Of a DNA stretch of 64,000 nt, positions 46,867 to 56,411 are shown piece after piece. The stretch comes from Candidatus Peribacteria bacterium RIFCSPHIGHO2_01_FULL_51_35 (GTDB lineage Bacteria > Patescibacteriota > Gracilibacteria > Peribacterales > Peribacteraceae), in NCBI GenBank assembly GCA_001787535.1, contig MFXP01000015.1, forward strand, positions 22,549-86,548, given 5' to 3'. The first letter of the stretch is position 1; each line of letters starts with the position of its first letter. The notes beneath the pieces were generated by a model. The model did no database searches. It was not told the DNA's origin and saw only the letters and a list, made by a program, of their open reading frames with translations. The translations under genes were made by a program, and so were the position numbers.

Positions 46867-48101
46867 TGTCCTCTTCCCTCATTCACTTCCCGCGGCTCAT
46901 CGACTGCCACGTCCATTTCCGCGAGCCGGGATTGGAGCACAAAGGAACGATGGCAACAGAAGCAGCCGCAGCGCGTGCCGGAGGAGTCGGAACCGTGTGT
47001 GAAATGCCAAACACCATTCCGCCGACGGTAACGGTCGCAGCTCTTGCCGACAAAGTGCGACGTGCGCATGCAATAAAAGACTGCGATATTCGTTTCTTCT
47101 TCGGTGTCACAGAAAAAACGCATTTGATTGCACTACGAAACATTTGGATTAAGAGTGATTTTGAACTGCAGCGGCTCAAGAAAAAATGCTGCGGTGTGAA
47201 ACTGTACTTAGATCACTCCACAGGGAACCAAAAGGCAGAGAGCGATGTTGTGGAAGAAGCCTTTAAGCTCTGCGGAGAGCTGGGAATTCCCGTGGTAGCG
47301 CACTGTGAGGACTCGATGATCAACGAGGTGGAAAGAGGAAGGTGGAAAGAGGAAAGTGATGACATTTCACTTTACTCGAAGATGCGGTCACCAGAATCGG
47401 AAGCCAAGTCGATCGCTTTTGCGATCGGTCTCGCACGGAAGTACAAAACCAAGTTCCATGTTGCACATCTTTCGACAGCACTGGGACTCGATCTTGTGCG
47501 CGATGCGAAGAAAGAAGGACTCTCGGTGACATGTGAAGTCGCTCCGCATCATTTATTTCTTACAACGGATGATTACAAGACGCTGGGAACGCTCGGCAAA
47601 ATGAATCCGCCTCTGCGTTCAAAAGAAGATCAAGCAGTGCTGTGGCAGGGAATAGCCGATGGCACGGTGGACTGCATTGCAACCGACCATGCGCCGCATA
47701 CGCTGGAAGAAAAAGGTGTCGTTGTAGGGGCGACGCATGCGTCGCCCCTACAACATCAATCCAATATTGATTTCCAGAAAATTCCGAGCGGAGTTCCAGG
47801 AGTTGAAACCATGTTGCCGCTCTTGCTCATGGTCGCAGCAGGAAACTGGCCGCACCCCTCATCAAAACGTCCATCCACGGCAAAACTTTCTTACGAGGAC
47901 ATCGTGAAGCTCTGCTTCACCAATCCGAACAGAATATTTTCCCTTGGCTGCAGCGATGCGAGAGTTTTCACAATCGATCCGAAGAAAGAGTGGACAATCC
48001 ATGCATCCGATCTCCATTCAAAATGCGGATGGACCCCTTACGAAGATTGGCATGTTCGGGGAAAAATTATCGGCGGGTGGCCTGCCGACCGTAGCACTTA
48101 A
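46866..48101 (+). CDS. pyrC: dihydroorotase
   Basis: IDCHVHFREPG, the ...AHCED segment and ATDHAPHT motifs. Its start overlaps the pyrB stop by 1 nt. It contains an in-frame palindrome insertion (see 47721-47754). Confidence 0.9.
   Translation: MSSSLIHFPRLIDCHVHFREPGLEHKGTMATEAAAARAGGVGTVCEMPNTIPPTVTVAALADKVRRAHAIKDCDIRFFFGVTEKTHLIALRNIWIKSDFELQRLKKKCCGVKLYLDHSTGNQKAESDVVEEAFKLCGELGIPVVAHCEDSMINEVERGRWKEESDDISLYSKMRSPESEAKSIAFAIGLARKYKTKFHVAHLSTALGLDLVRDAKKEGLSVTCEVAPHHLFLTTDDYKTLGTLGKMNPPLRSKEDQAVLWQGIADGTVDCIATDHAPHTLEEKGVVVGATHASPLQHQSNIDFQKIPSGVPGVETMLPLLLMVAAGNWPHPSSKRPSTAKLSYEDIVKLCFTNPNRIFSLGCSDARVFTIDPKKEWTIHASDLHSKCGWTPYEDWHVRGKIIGGWPADRST
47721..47754. repeat. perfect 34-nt palindrome inside pyrC
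   Basis: GTTGTAGGGGCGACGCA|TGCGTCGCCCCTACAAC; the two 17-nt halves are exact reverse complements. Confidence 0.95.
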
Positions 48102-48141
48102 ATTGAAAGATACTGCCCACCTTCGTTAAGGCTACAGTGGG

Positions 48142-48159
48142 CGACCTCTGCGGAGGTCG
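48142..48159. terminator. short GC hairpin between convergent pyrC and the HAD hydrolase gene
   Basis: CGACCTC-tgcg-GAGGTCG. Confidence 0.45.
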
Positions 48160-48194
48160 GACGCCGTATGAAGGATGGCGTGTTCTGGGAATGA

Positions 48195-48833
48195 TCACCC
48201 AATAATCCGTTTGATCGCCGTGAGGTCGGTGACGATGTGGTTCGCGTCCCTCCCGGCTTCGTGCGGCGTGTGTTTGCCGACGAATAAGCAGCATTCCATG
48301 CCTGCGGCGCGAGCTGCTTCCATATCAAACAACTGATCGCCAATGTACAGACAGTCCTGCGGTGCGATTTTTAATCGATCTGCGCCCATCAGCAGTCCGT
48401 GCGGATGCGGTTTCATGAACTTACCCATGTCGTCCGCAGTGATGAGCGCGTGAATGTGTGGCAGCACGGGTGTGCGCGTGTTTAGCGCATCCACATACGA
48501 CTTCCATGACCCCGTCACAATGCCCGTGGGGTAGTTGGCAGCAACGTGTTTCAGCAATTCCTCGCCGCTTTCCAGCCATTCCAGCTTCGTGCGCAGCAGG
48601 CGTTCGTACAATTCATCGCGGCGCGTGCGCAGGTTTGGGACATCGGTCTCTTCTTTGCGAAAATGTTCCAAGATGTCCTGCAGATGCCATCCTTGCATGT
48701 ACCAATGGACGAATTCTTCCTCCGTTGTTTCCAAGTTGTATTCCTTCAACGCCTCGCGAAACGCATTGATGTAGAGATCGATGCTTTGTACCAGCGTGCC
48801 ATCAAGATCGAAGAGAATCGCGGAATATTTCAT
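48195..48833 (-). CDS. HAD-superfamily hydrolase (phosphoglycolate phosphatase-like)
   Basis: MKYSAILFDLDGTLV (motif I DxDGT), a TGS segment and the C-terminal GD...D motif. Confidence 0.85.
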   Translation of the reverse strand: MKYSAILFDLDGTLVQSIDLYINAFREALKEYNLETTEEEFVHWYMQGWHLQDILEHFRKEETDVPNLRTRRDELYERLLRTKLEWLESGEELLKHVAANYPTGIVTGSWKSYVDALNTRTPVLPHIHALITADDMGKFMKPHPHGLLMGADRLKIAPQDCLYIGDQLFDMEAARAAGMECCLFVGKHTPHEAGRDANHIVTDLTAIKRIIG

Positions 48834-48855
48834 AAGGATGGAGATGAGTTACATG

Positions 48856-48918
48856 AATGACCAATGACGCAATGACCAATGACCAACTTGGTCATTGGTC
48901 ATTGCGTCATTGGTCATT
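48856..48918. repeat. 63-nt near-perfect palindrome built of AATGACC words
   Basis: AATGACCAATGACGCAATGACCAATGACCAA-c-TTGGTCATTGGTCATTGCGTCATTGGTCATT has 31-nt perfectly complementary arms. It lies between the RNase J stop and the HAD start. Confidence 0.95.
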
Positions 48919-48919
48919 A

Positions 48920-50851
48920 CTACACTTCTACGATAACGGGAATCATGATGGGCTCACGATCGAGCTTGCGATCGAAATACCTGTAGAGAGCGCCGGTGAC
49001 GGCGGACTTTAACGCTTTGCGTTCTGTCTCGCCTCTGTTCACCGCCTCTTCGTAGGCTTTCTTCGCTGTCTCTGTGACTTCCTTCGTGATGCTCTGTTGT
49101 TCGGATCCATAAATGAGTCCGCGCGAGAGGACATCCGGGTCGCCCACCAAACGTTTGCTGTCTGCGTATGCGCGGAAAAGTACGACCACCACACCGCCGT
49201 TGCTCATAACTTTGCGGTCCAGTAGCACACGCTGGCCTTCGCCTGCGCTGCCACGACCGTCAATGATGACGTCGTTGGCTGTGTGCTTGGTTTTGCTCTT
49301 GCGAGCGCCTTCGGCGTCGAACTCCAGGATCTCACCGTTCAAGAGAAGGTGGATCTGATTTTCTTGGTAGCCGATGGTGCGGACAAGATCCGCATGTCCC
49401 GCTTTCATATGCGGTTCACCGTGTTCGGGGATCACATGTTTTGCGCGCACCAGTCTGTGCATCAGGAGAATGTCATTTGCATAGCCGTGTCCCGTGGTAT
49501 GCAGCGCCAGTTCTTGGTTCGTCTTCACGATGGCGCCTTTCAGGTGAAGGTTGTTCACCACTTTTGCCACCGCGCGTTCGTTGCCGAGGATCGGATTGCT
49601 GCTGAGGATAACGGTGTCGCCCTTGCGGACGCTTACGTGCCGGTGCGTGCCAAGACCCATGCGGGCGAGACCTGCAGCCTCTTCTCCTTGGCTGCCCGTC
49701 GTGATGATGAGCACTTCGCTGTCGGGCAGTTTATCCATGCCCGGGCTCACTTTGCGGATAAGTCCGCGTGGTGCCTTGATGTAGCCCAAGTTCTGGGCGA
49801 TCTCCACGTTCGCTTCCATACTGCGGCCGGAGATGTACACTTTCCGGTTGAATTCATGAGCGTGTTCGATGACCTGTTCGATGCGGTTTAAAAGCGAGCT
49901 GAAAGTGGAGATAACCACGCGACCTTTGGCCTCGCGGATGAGATTCCTCAGTGTCTCCGAGATATCCTTCTCGCTTTTGCTGTTTCCCGGTTTCAATGCG
50001 TTCGTGGAATCAGCGATAATCGCGAGTACGCCCGCGTCGCCCAGTTCCGCAAGGCGAGAGAAGTCCGCAGGAGGTTCGTTCATGGGGGTGAGATCGAACT
50101 TGAAGTCACCCGTATGCACGATGGTTCCATACGGCGTGTGCACGGCGATGGCGGCGGAATCGGGAATGCTGTGCGTGACGCGCAGGAATTCCACTTCCAC
50201 TTTGCCGATCCTTATCTTCTCACGGAAATTCACCGTGTGCAGGTTGGCTTTCCCCGTCAGATGATCTTCATCCAAGCGTTTCTTCACCATGGCCATGGTG
50301 AGGCGCGTGCCGTAACACGGCGGGAAGTGGAGCGACGGCAGCAAGTGCTGCGCCGCGCCGATGTGATCGAGGTGTCCGTGCGTAAAGAGGACTGCTTTGA
50401 TGCGGTTCTCTCTTCCTTTCAAGCCGGAAATGTCCGGAATCAGGTAGTCGATTCCCAACATATCCTCGTCCGGGAACTGGAGTCCCAGGTCGATGATGTA
50501 GATGTCCTCATCCACTTCTATGACGAAGCAGTTGCGGCCGACTTGTTCAAAACCACCGAGAGGGTAGACCCGGAGATTCTGTTTCTTGCCACTCGGAGCA
50601 GCGACCGGCCGATGTTGTGGTTGGCTCGACGCGGGATTTCCCGGCTTACCGACGGGGTTTCTGCTGAATGCGGGTGCACCCTGCTGCGGACGAGGACTTG
50701 GTTGGCCAGGTCGAGGGGTTCCCGGTTGGCTTGTCCTGAGGTTCCCCGAAGGGCCGCCGTGGCGGCGTCGCTTGCGAAATCGGAAAAACCCCTTGGGCTT
50801 TCCTTGGTTTTGGCCGGCGGGAGGAACTCCCGGGCCGTTCTGTGGTGTCAT
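48920..50851 (-). CDS. rnj: ribonuclease J with a ~95-aa Pro/Gly/basic N-terminal extension
   Basis: The RNase J core starts at RVYPLGGFEQVGRNCF, followed by HGHLDHIG, a beta-CASP region and a C-terminal domain. It is preceded by low-complexity PGVPPAGQNQGKPKG...RPGQPSPRPQQG. Confidence 0.9.
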   Translation of the reverse strand: MTPQNGPGVPPAGQNQGKPKGFFRFRKRRRHGGPSGNLRTSQPGTPRPGQPSPRPQQGAPAFSRNPVGKPGNPASSQPQHRPVAAPSGKKQNLRVYPLGGFEQVGRNCFVIEVDEDIYIIDLGLQFPDEDMLGIDYLIPDISGLKGRENRIKAVLFTHGHLDHIGAAQHLLPSLHFPPCYGTRLTMAMVKKRLDEDHLTGKANLHTVNFREKIRIGKVEVEFLRVTHSIPDSAAIAVHTPYGTIVHTGDFKFDLTPMNEPPADFSRLAELGDAGVLAIIADSTNALKPGNSKSEKDISETLRNLIREAKGRVVISTFSSLLNRIEQVIEHAHEFNRKVYISGRSMEANVEIAQNLGYIKAPRGLIRKVSPGMDKLPDSEVLIITTGSQGEEAAGLARMGLGTHRHVSVRKGDTVILSSNPILGNERAVAKVVNNLHLKGAIVKTNQELALHTTGHGYANDILLMHRLVRAKHVIPEHGEPHMKAGHADLVRTIGYQENQIHLLLNGEILEFDAEGARKSKTKHTANDVIIDGRGSAGEGQRVLLDRKVMSNGGVVVVLFRAYADSKRLVGDPDVLSRGLIYGSEQQSITKEVTETAKKAYEEAVNRGETERKALKSAVTGALYRYFDRKLDREPIMIPVIVEV

Positions 50852-51004
50852 GTTTTCTGACGTAAAAAATTATGAAGTATCTCCATCATATACCTCCGAG
50901 GTTCCATTTGCAATGCCATCTTGTTCAATGCTCTGTTTTTTGGCTTCTGATCCACGAATTTTTACTTGTGATTTTTGATGTTCGAATGGTGATAGGGTGT
51001 GTAT

Positions 51005-51460
51005 ATGCCAGAAAGCTTCGCACATCTCCTCACTCTTTTTTTAACCGATGCGTGTCTCCAAGCACGTGAACGAGATGCCGCTCGCTTGGATCAAAAATCA
51101 CGGTCATCCCATCCTCCTGAGGAGTGGGTTTTCGTACAACGATTAGCGTATGAACTGGATGACTTTGGTCAGCTGCTCCATCTGCAATTAGATCGCTCGA
51201 ACCAGGAATTTCATGATCGGGGTACCGCATTTTTGGAACGATGTAGAGATATTTTTGGTGCGCTTGCCCGCAATGCTCCGGCTGAGTTTCAGGAGAAGCT
51301 GTACCACTATCAACTATCCGCCTCCCAACGCCTGGGTAAGGTACTTGCTCTGCAGGAAGAACTCAGAATTCGTACAGGGATTTTTCATCAATCATTGGGG
51401 GCGCTCAAAGAGGCACTGCCGGAAGTATTTGAAGAAAAGGATGAAGGGCTTGATCTATAA
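51005..51460 (+). CDS. hypothetical protein
   Basis: ORF of ~151 aa. No motif recognised. Confidence 0.4.
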   Translation: MPESFAHLLTLFLTDACLQARERDAARLDQKSRSSHPPEEWVFVQRLAYELDDFGQLLHLQLDRSNQEFHDRGTAFLERCRDIFGALARNAPAEFQEKLYHYQLSASQRLGKVLALQEELRIRTGIFHQSLGALKEALPEVFEEKDEGLDL

Positions 51461-51565
51461 GCGCACCACATCTTGCTCTTTCGTACAAAACCAGTTTTCC
51501 CCGCCGGTACGGGCTCCAAACAAATCCTTGCCGTTCCTTCTCCGAATCGGTAGCCTTCCACCCCG

Positions 51566-53530
51566 ATGGACATCGCACTCCAGACGGGCCATACCAAGTC
51601 GAGTACCGGAGAGTCTCTGGTTTCCCTGTCGCTCACGTCCGAGCGCGGCGAACATGCCTGTCTGTTGCTGCAAATAGGGGCGAGTCCCAAAGATGCAAAA
51701 ACATTGGAGGAGGAATGCACGACCATCGTGAAACATGCGCTTCTCGATTCCGAAGGGGATTCCTGGAGCCGTTTGGACGGAACGCTCAAAGAAATGAACG
51801 GCCTCTTCAAGGGGTTGCTGGTCTCGGAGACGGTGCAAGACATTCACGCACTCTTGGCCATCATGGACACGAAGAAGATGCTCCATGTCTCCCATGCCGG
51901 CAGGGCGGAAGCGTATTTGATTCGCGGAGGCCAGACCAGCCAGATCACGGAATACAGCAAGGGGAAACCGAATCCCGTCTTCGTGCACATTTCCAGCGGC
52001 CAACTGGAAGCGCGCGATATTGTGGTGTGCTCGACACAAAGGCTTCTTCGAACCGTCACCCCCGCGCAACTTTCGCAACTCTCGCAGCGGGGGGATCAGT
52101 TGCTGGATGAGATCATTATTCAATTGGATGCAGAGCGCGAACACGCGTCCGTCGCCACCCTTCATATTCCCGCAAAGAATCAACGCATATTGGACGATGA
52201 GCCCGCCGCTCGCCCGGCTCTTTCCACTCGCAGAAGCGGTCATCGGCGATCCTCCGCATCCATCCTCGCTCGGTTCACGACATTCCTGCCCGCTCTCACA
52301 AACGGTCTTCGCACGAAACTGCCGAGAACGACGGGCGTTTCAAACTTTGTGCAAGAACTCCGTGAACGCTTTGCATCATTCCTTACGGACCTCAAGCACC
52401 CCGAACGCAAGCGCAGAGCACATCTCCTTCTTCTCGCCTCCGCCGTGGCCGCCTTCCTGATCATTTGGATGGTCGTGCGACTCTCGACCTCCAGCCAACG
52501 CAGCAAAACGCGCGCCGAGCTGGAGGATCTCGTCAGCAAGATCAATACCGAGATCCGCACGGCGGACAACAGGAGACTCACGGGCGACATCGACAGCGCC
52601 AATGCCATTCTCCAACAGGCCGAAGAGCGCGCCAAGCAGGTGATGGACAACGAAAGCGGTCTCTTCCGCGTGGAAGCGCTGGATCTCTTGGACAGGATCC
52701 GCAGCAAGCGCGAGGAAATCAACAACATCATCCGTCTGCCACCGCGCCTGGTCGTGAATATCGGCGCAAAGAACCCTGACGTGGAAGCGCAGGGAATCAT
52801 CGGTGTGGGGGACGGCGAGTTTACCGTTTACGATCGTCAAGATCTTCACCGCGTACTCCTCAATTCCGTGGATGACCCCGACAGACTCTCCGACGAGGAG
52901 CTGATTATGGATGGTGCGGGTTTCTCTCGTTACAAATCGCTCGTATTCCTCACCACGGGCAACAGCGTCATCGAAATGATCGCGAATCAACCGACAACCA
53001 TGAAGACGGAAGACACGGCCGGGTGGAAATCCGGCAACGACATCGAGACGTACCTGCGTTTCCTCTACGTCCTCTCCCCGGAAAAGAATCAGATCTACAA
53101 GTATGAGCGTTTGAGCAATCGCTACGGACCTCCCGTGGAATACAATGTGAATGGAACGCTGGGCAAAGCGCTGGACATGGTCATCGATTCCAGCGTGTTT
53201 GTGCTGAATGAAGGAGGAACGGTGCTCAAGCTTCTCCGCGGAGAGGTGCAGCCGTTCGTCATCCGTCATGCTCCCGACAATGTTCTTGCGGACGCCACGA
53301 AGCTCTTCAAAGTCACGGACAGCAACATCTACTTCCTGGATCCAAAGAAGGCGCGCGTCATTGTTACGACAGACGGCGGCGCCACCGGCGAATCCTCCTA
53401 TGTGAAACAGTATGTCTTCGAGGGAGAACAAATCGGCACGCTTCAAGATCTCTTCGTCGATCCCGACCAGACGCATTTGTACGTGCTGGATGAGAAGAGG
53501 CTGTATGTGGTGGATTTGGCGACAAAATAG
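51566..53530 (+). CDS. membrane protein with an N-terminal PP2C-like (possibly non-catalytic) domain and a large C-terminal extracytoplasmic domain
   Basis: The HVSHAGRAEAYLIRGGQTSQITE segment resembles the PP2C GDSR.YL.R.G...QLT motif. A central TM segment (LLLLASAVAAFLIIWMVV) is present. Canonical Asp-rich metal motifs are not evident. Confidence 0.4.
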   Translation: MDIALQTGHTKSSTGESLVSLSLTSERGEHACLLLQIGASPKDAKTLEEECTTIVKHALLDSEGDSWSRLDGTLKEMNGLFKGLLVSETVQDIHALLAIMDTKKMLHVSHAGRAEAYLIRGGQTSQITEYSKGKPNPVFVHISSGQLEARDIVVCSTQRLLRTVTPAQLSQLSQRGDQLLDEIIIQLDAEREHASVATLHIPAKNQRILDDEPAARPALSTRRSGHRRSSASILARFTTFLPALTNGLRTKLPRTTGVSNFVQELRERFASFLTDLKHPERKRRAHLLLLASAVAAFLIIWMVVRLSTSSQRSKTRAELEDLVSKINTEIRTADNRRLTGDIDSANAILQQAEERAKQVMDNESGLFRVEALDLLDRIRSKREEINNIIRLPPRLVVNIGAKNPDVEAQGIIGVGDGEFTVYDRQDLHRVLLNSVDDPDRLSDEELIMDGAGFSRYKSLVFLTTGNSVIEMIANQPTTMKTEDTAGWKSGNDIETYLRFLYVLSPEKNQIYKYERLSNRYGPPVEYNVNGTLGKALDMVIDSSVFVLNEGGTVLKLLRGEVQPFVIRHAPDNVLADATKLFKVTDSNIYFLDPKKARVIVTTDGGATGESSYVKQYVFEGEQIGTLQDLFVDPDQTHLYVLDEKRLYVVDLATK

Positions 53531-53625
53531 AATATTGGATTATCGGAGTACTGGAATATTGGGGTGATTTCTGTGTGCATTTCCTAGTATTCTAGTATTC
53601 CAGTACTCCAGTACTCCAGTATTCC
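53531..53625. repeat. hairpin whose arms are tandem 8-mers (GARTAYTG)n / (CAGTAYTC)n
   Basis: Left arm is GAATATTG|GATTATCG|GAGTACTG|GAATATTG, starting at the last base of the upstream stop codon. Right arm is TAGTATTC|TAGTATTC|CAGTACTC|CAGTACTC|CAGTATTC (53585-53624). Confidence 0.9.
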
Positions 53626-53628
53626 TCT

Positions 53629-54003
53629 ATGCGCGTTTTAATCTTCGGCACCTTCGATCGCCTGCATCCCGGCCACCTGTTTCTTTTGAAAGAAGCCGAT
53701 ACGAGGGGGGAGCTTTTTGTGGTTGTGGCACGCGATACGAATGTGAAGCGGATCAAAGGAAAAGATCCTGCGGAATCGGAGGAAGCGCGGAAGGCGGCGA
53801 TCGAAAAAGCCTTTCCGGATGCGCATGTTATCTTGGGTGATGCCAAAGATTTCCTCGTGCCGGTGAAGGCAGTCCGGCCGGGCATCATCCTCCTTGGCTA
53901 CGACCAACATCTTCCTCCGGGCGTGGCGATGGAAGATCTCCCCTGTCCCGTCGAGCGATTGCCATCCTTCCATCCGGAGCAGTACAAGAGCAGTTTGATG
54001 TAG
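53629..54003 (+). CDS. cytidylyltransferase-like nucleotidyltransferase (RibL/FAD-synthase-like small protein)
   Basis: VLIFGTFDRLHPGHLFLL is the (H/T)xGH nucleotidyltransferase motif; 124 aa. Confidence 0.7.
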   Translation: MRVLIFGTFDRLHPGHLFLLKEADTRGELFVVVARDTNVKRIKGKDPAESEEARKAAIEKAFPDAHVILGDAKDFLVPVKAVRPGIILLGYDQHLPPGVAMEDLPCPVERLPSFHPEQYKSSLM

Positions 54004-54176
54004 GGTGGGCAGCATCGCCTAGAAGGCGATGCTGTGGGCAGAACAAGAAGGAACAGCATCCAGTTTCCGCTTGGATTTTATTATTCATTCACCGCCCACC
54101 GCATCGGCAAGATGCCGATGCCACCCCCACCTTCATCTCTACCAAAAGCGCACAGAATCTGCTATAATGATGAGAA

Positions 54177-54746
54177 ATGGATCAAACAGACACACCCACT
54201 AAAAAGGTTCCGCTCTGGAAGCAGCTTGCGGGAGCAGGTACCGGTGCGCTCATTGCATTGGCATTCTATGGCGTATACGAAGTGGCCTCTCCGGTGCTGA
54301 GTGCCTATCTGTCGATCCCCAGCTTCCGTGGCATACACAGTGCAGCGGATGTCCGCGTGCAGAGTCCATCGAATACGGAGACGCAGGAAAGGTTGGCGCG
54401 TCGCGCACGAGAAATTGCGGAGCAATTTTCTGAGCGCCCCATTACGGATCTTGAAGAAGATGTTCCGGAGGAATACATAGAGCCGGCAGCTGCTCCGGCA
54501 GCTGAGCCTGTCACTCCTGTGGAAGCGAAGGAAGAAATTACGCCCACTCCGCTCGCGGATGTGGAGACGCCTCTCTACGAAAAGGCTCAGGCAGCGGAGA
54601 ATATCGCGCCACCCTCTCTCCCGTCGTCCGGTATCGGGTTGTGGCTCAGCATCCACGTTGCACTTCTTGCGGTCATCGGCATCCGGTATCGCACCAAGAT
54701 CCATAAAAAGCTCCGGTGGCCTTCTTATTCAGTGAAAGGATTTTGA
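54177..54746 (+). CDS. hypothetical membrane protein
   Basis: Has N-terminal and C-terminal TM segments and an acidic Pro/Ala-rich middle. Confidence 0.4.
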   Translation: MDQTDTPTKKVPLWKQLAGAGTGALIALAFYGVYEVASPVLSAYLSIPSFRGIHSAADVRVQSPSNTETQERLARRAREIAEQFSERPITDLEEDVPEEYIEPAAAPAAEPVTPVEAKEEITPTPLADVETPLYEKAQAAENIAPPSLPSSGIGLWLSIHVALLAVIGIRYRTKIHKKLRWPSYSVKGF

Positions 54747-55003
54747 TCCTCGTTGAAATCATAAAAAAAAGAGAGGCGCCGAAGCGCCCCAGCTTTATCA
54801 ATTCAAATTGATTGGTCGCCACGAGGGCGATCTCGCTGGGATGTCTCTAAGTTCTTTTGAGCTCAGGGACATCCCAGGAGATGAAAATTGAACTGACTTG
54901 ACAATTTTACTGATATCCATAGTTTTGTCAATGGAATGCCCGAAATGAGCCCGGGCGTATTTGTCCCTTACCAAAGCGTATTTTCACGCTTATCCTTGCT
55001 CCG

Positions 55004-55447
55004 ATGCCCCCCAAAACAGTCGCACAGAACAGGCGCGCACGGTTCGATTATGAGATTTTGGAGACCGTGGAAGCGGGCGTCATGCTCACGGGACAGGAGG
55101 TGAAATCTTGCCGCATGGGGCATGTGAATTTGGCGGGAGCGTACGTGACGTTCGTGCATGGCAAACCCGTTCTCAAGAAAGCAAAGATCTCCCTCTACGC
55201 ATTCGCAACGGCAACCGATTACGATCCCGAACGGGACCGCCCGCTGCTTTTAAAGAAGAATGAAGTGGAAAAATTGCAGTCACAAACGGAAACGAAAGGC
55301 ATCACCGTGATTCCGTTGGAAGTACACGCGGGCAAATACATCAAAGTTGTTCTGGGGCTTGGGAGGGGACGGAAGAACTACGACAAACGGCAGAAGATCA
55401 AAGAACGGAGCATTGGGAAGAAGCTAAGGAAAGGTGAGGAGATTTAA
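55004..55447 (+). CDS. smpB: SsrA-binding protein
   Basis: NRRARFDYEILETVEAGVMLTGQEVKS...; 147 aa. Confidence 0.95.
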   Translation: MPPKTVAQNRRARFDYEILETVEAGVMLTGQEVKSCRMGHVNLAGAYVTFVHGKPVLKKAKISLYAFATATDYDPERDRPLLLKKNEVEKLQSQTETKGITVIPLEVHAGKYIKVVLGLGRGRKNYDKRQKIKERSIGKKLRKGEEI

Positions 55448-55461
55448 CATCCGCAATGGAT

Positions 55462-56322
55462 CTATTTTTTCTTTCCGGACTGTTTCGCGAACCACTCCTT
55501 ATTTTTTTCTAAAATAGATGTTCTTTTATCCAGAATAGAATCCCACCATTCCGCGCTTTGCTGTTCGCTTCGCGATAGTTGGATGATTTGTTGAGTCAGG
55601 ATCCACATCTTGTGGGTGGTATGATCAATACGTTCTTCTATTATATCCCCCCGATCGGACAATCCATGCTCAACCGCGAAGGAAACCATCTCTTTCTCGA
55701 CAAGCTGCCAATACTTTTGAAAGAAATTTTCCATATCCGCGTTTTTTGTAAGTTTTTTCAACGATCCTCGGCTGAGAGCAAAAATTGTTCCCATTCGGAC
55801 ATGAAAATTTCCTCGTAATGCATCGATGGATTCCTCTAAGGTTTTGTACTGCTGAGCGAATTCGCTCAACTCCTGCACACGCTTCACGCTTGCTTCCTGA
55901 ATATTGAGCATGGATTGCCTTTGGCGTTCGTAGCCAAGACGCATGATCCATATGCTTCCTTCGGGAAGGAGATTCTCCGCGCTTGATTTCATCAATGCGC
56001 GAATTACGCCCGGTCGAACGTCGTACAGGACATGGGACATAATGACCGTGCCGACGCCGCCCAACTTGTCGGTTTCCGTGCGGACACGTGGATCGTTCAA
56101 TCCTTTTTCCAATGTATTGAGATCCAGGGGCAGAACGACATTCCCCGCTGCCGTCTTGTGCCTGTCGATGTTCACAACAGGAGGCGCACTGGTGACCCGG
56201 GCGAATCGATTGCGCACGCCACCTCCTATTTCCACAATAGCTCCGCCCGGATGACTGTGGAGGATTTCTTCGTTCAGGCCGATTTTCTGGTGCGATCGTG
56301 GATAGTCGAATTCTGTGATCAT
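55462..56322 (-). CDS. hypothetical protein, possibly a class I SAM-dependent methyltransferase fold
   Basis: IVEIGGG (motif-I-like) and VIMSHVL segments. This is a weak call. Confidence 0.35.
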   Translation of the reverse strand: MITEFDYPRSHQKIGLNEEILHSHPGGAIVEIGGGVRNRFARVTSAPPVVNIDRHKTAAGNVVLPLDLNTLEKGLNDPRVRTETDKLGGVGTVIMSHVLYDVRPGVIRALMKSSAENLLPEGSIWIMRLGYERQRQSMLNIQEASVKRVQELSEFAQQYKTLEESIDALRGNFHVRMGTIFALSRGSLKKLTKNADMENFFQKYWQLVEKEMVSFAVEHGLSDRGDIIEERIDHTTHKMWILTQQIIQLSRSEQQSAEWWDSILDKRTSILEKNKEWFAKQSGKKK

Positions 56323-56411
56323 GATCTTGTGAGAAGAAATATATTATATAATGATTTATTTAAAGAGCAAATTCCCTTCATGAGAATTCATGCATGGTAT
56401 TCTGCTTTTCC

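Noticed and set aside
53585-53624. The tandem short repeats as a CRISPR array
   Set aside because: The repeats are contiguous 7-8-mers without spacers, they are mirrored by a complementary array forming a hairpin, and no cas genes are present.
54747-55003. tmRNA (ssrA) next to smpB
   Set aside because: The region has two hairpins (AGAGGCGCC-gaa-GCGCCCC and CTGGGATGTC...GACATCCCAG). It has no tRNA-Ala-like acceptor or T-arm (no GGTTCGA-type T-loop, no GGGG 5' end) and no tag reading frame.
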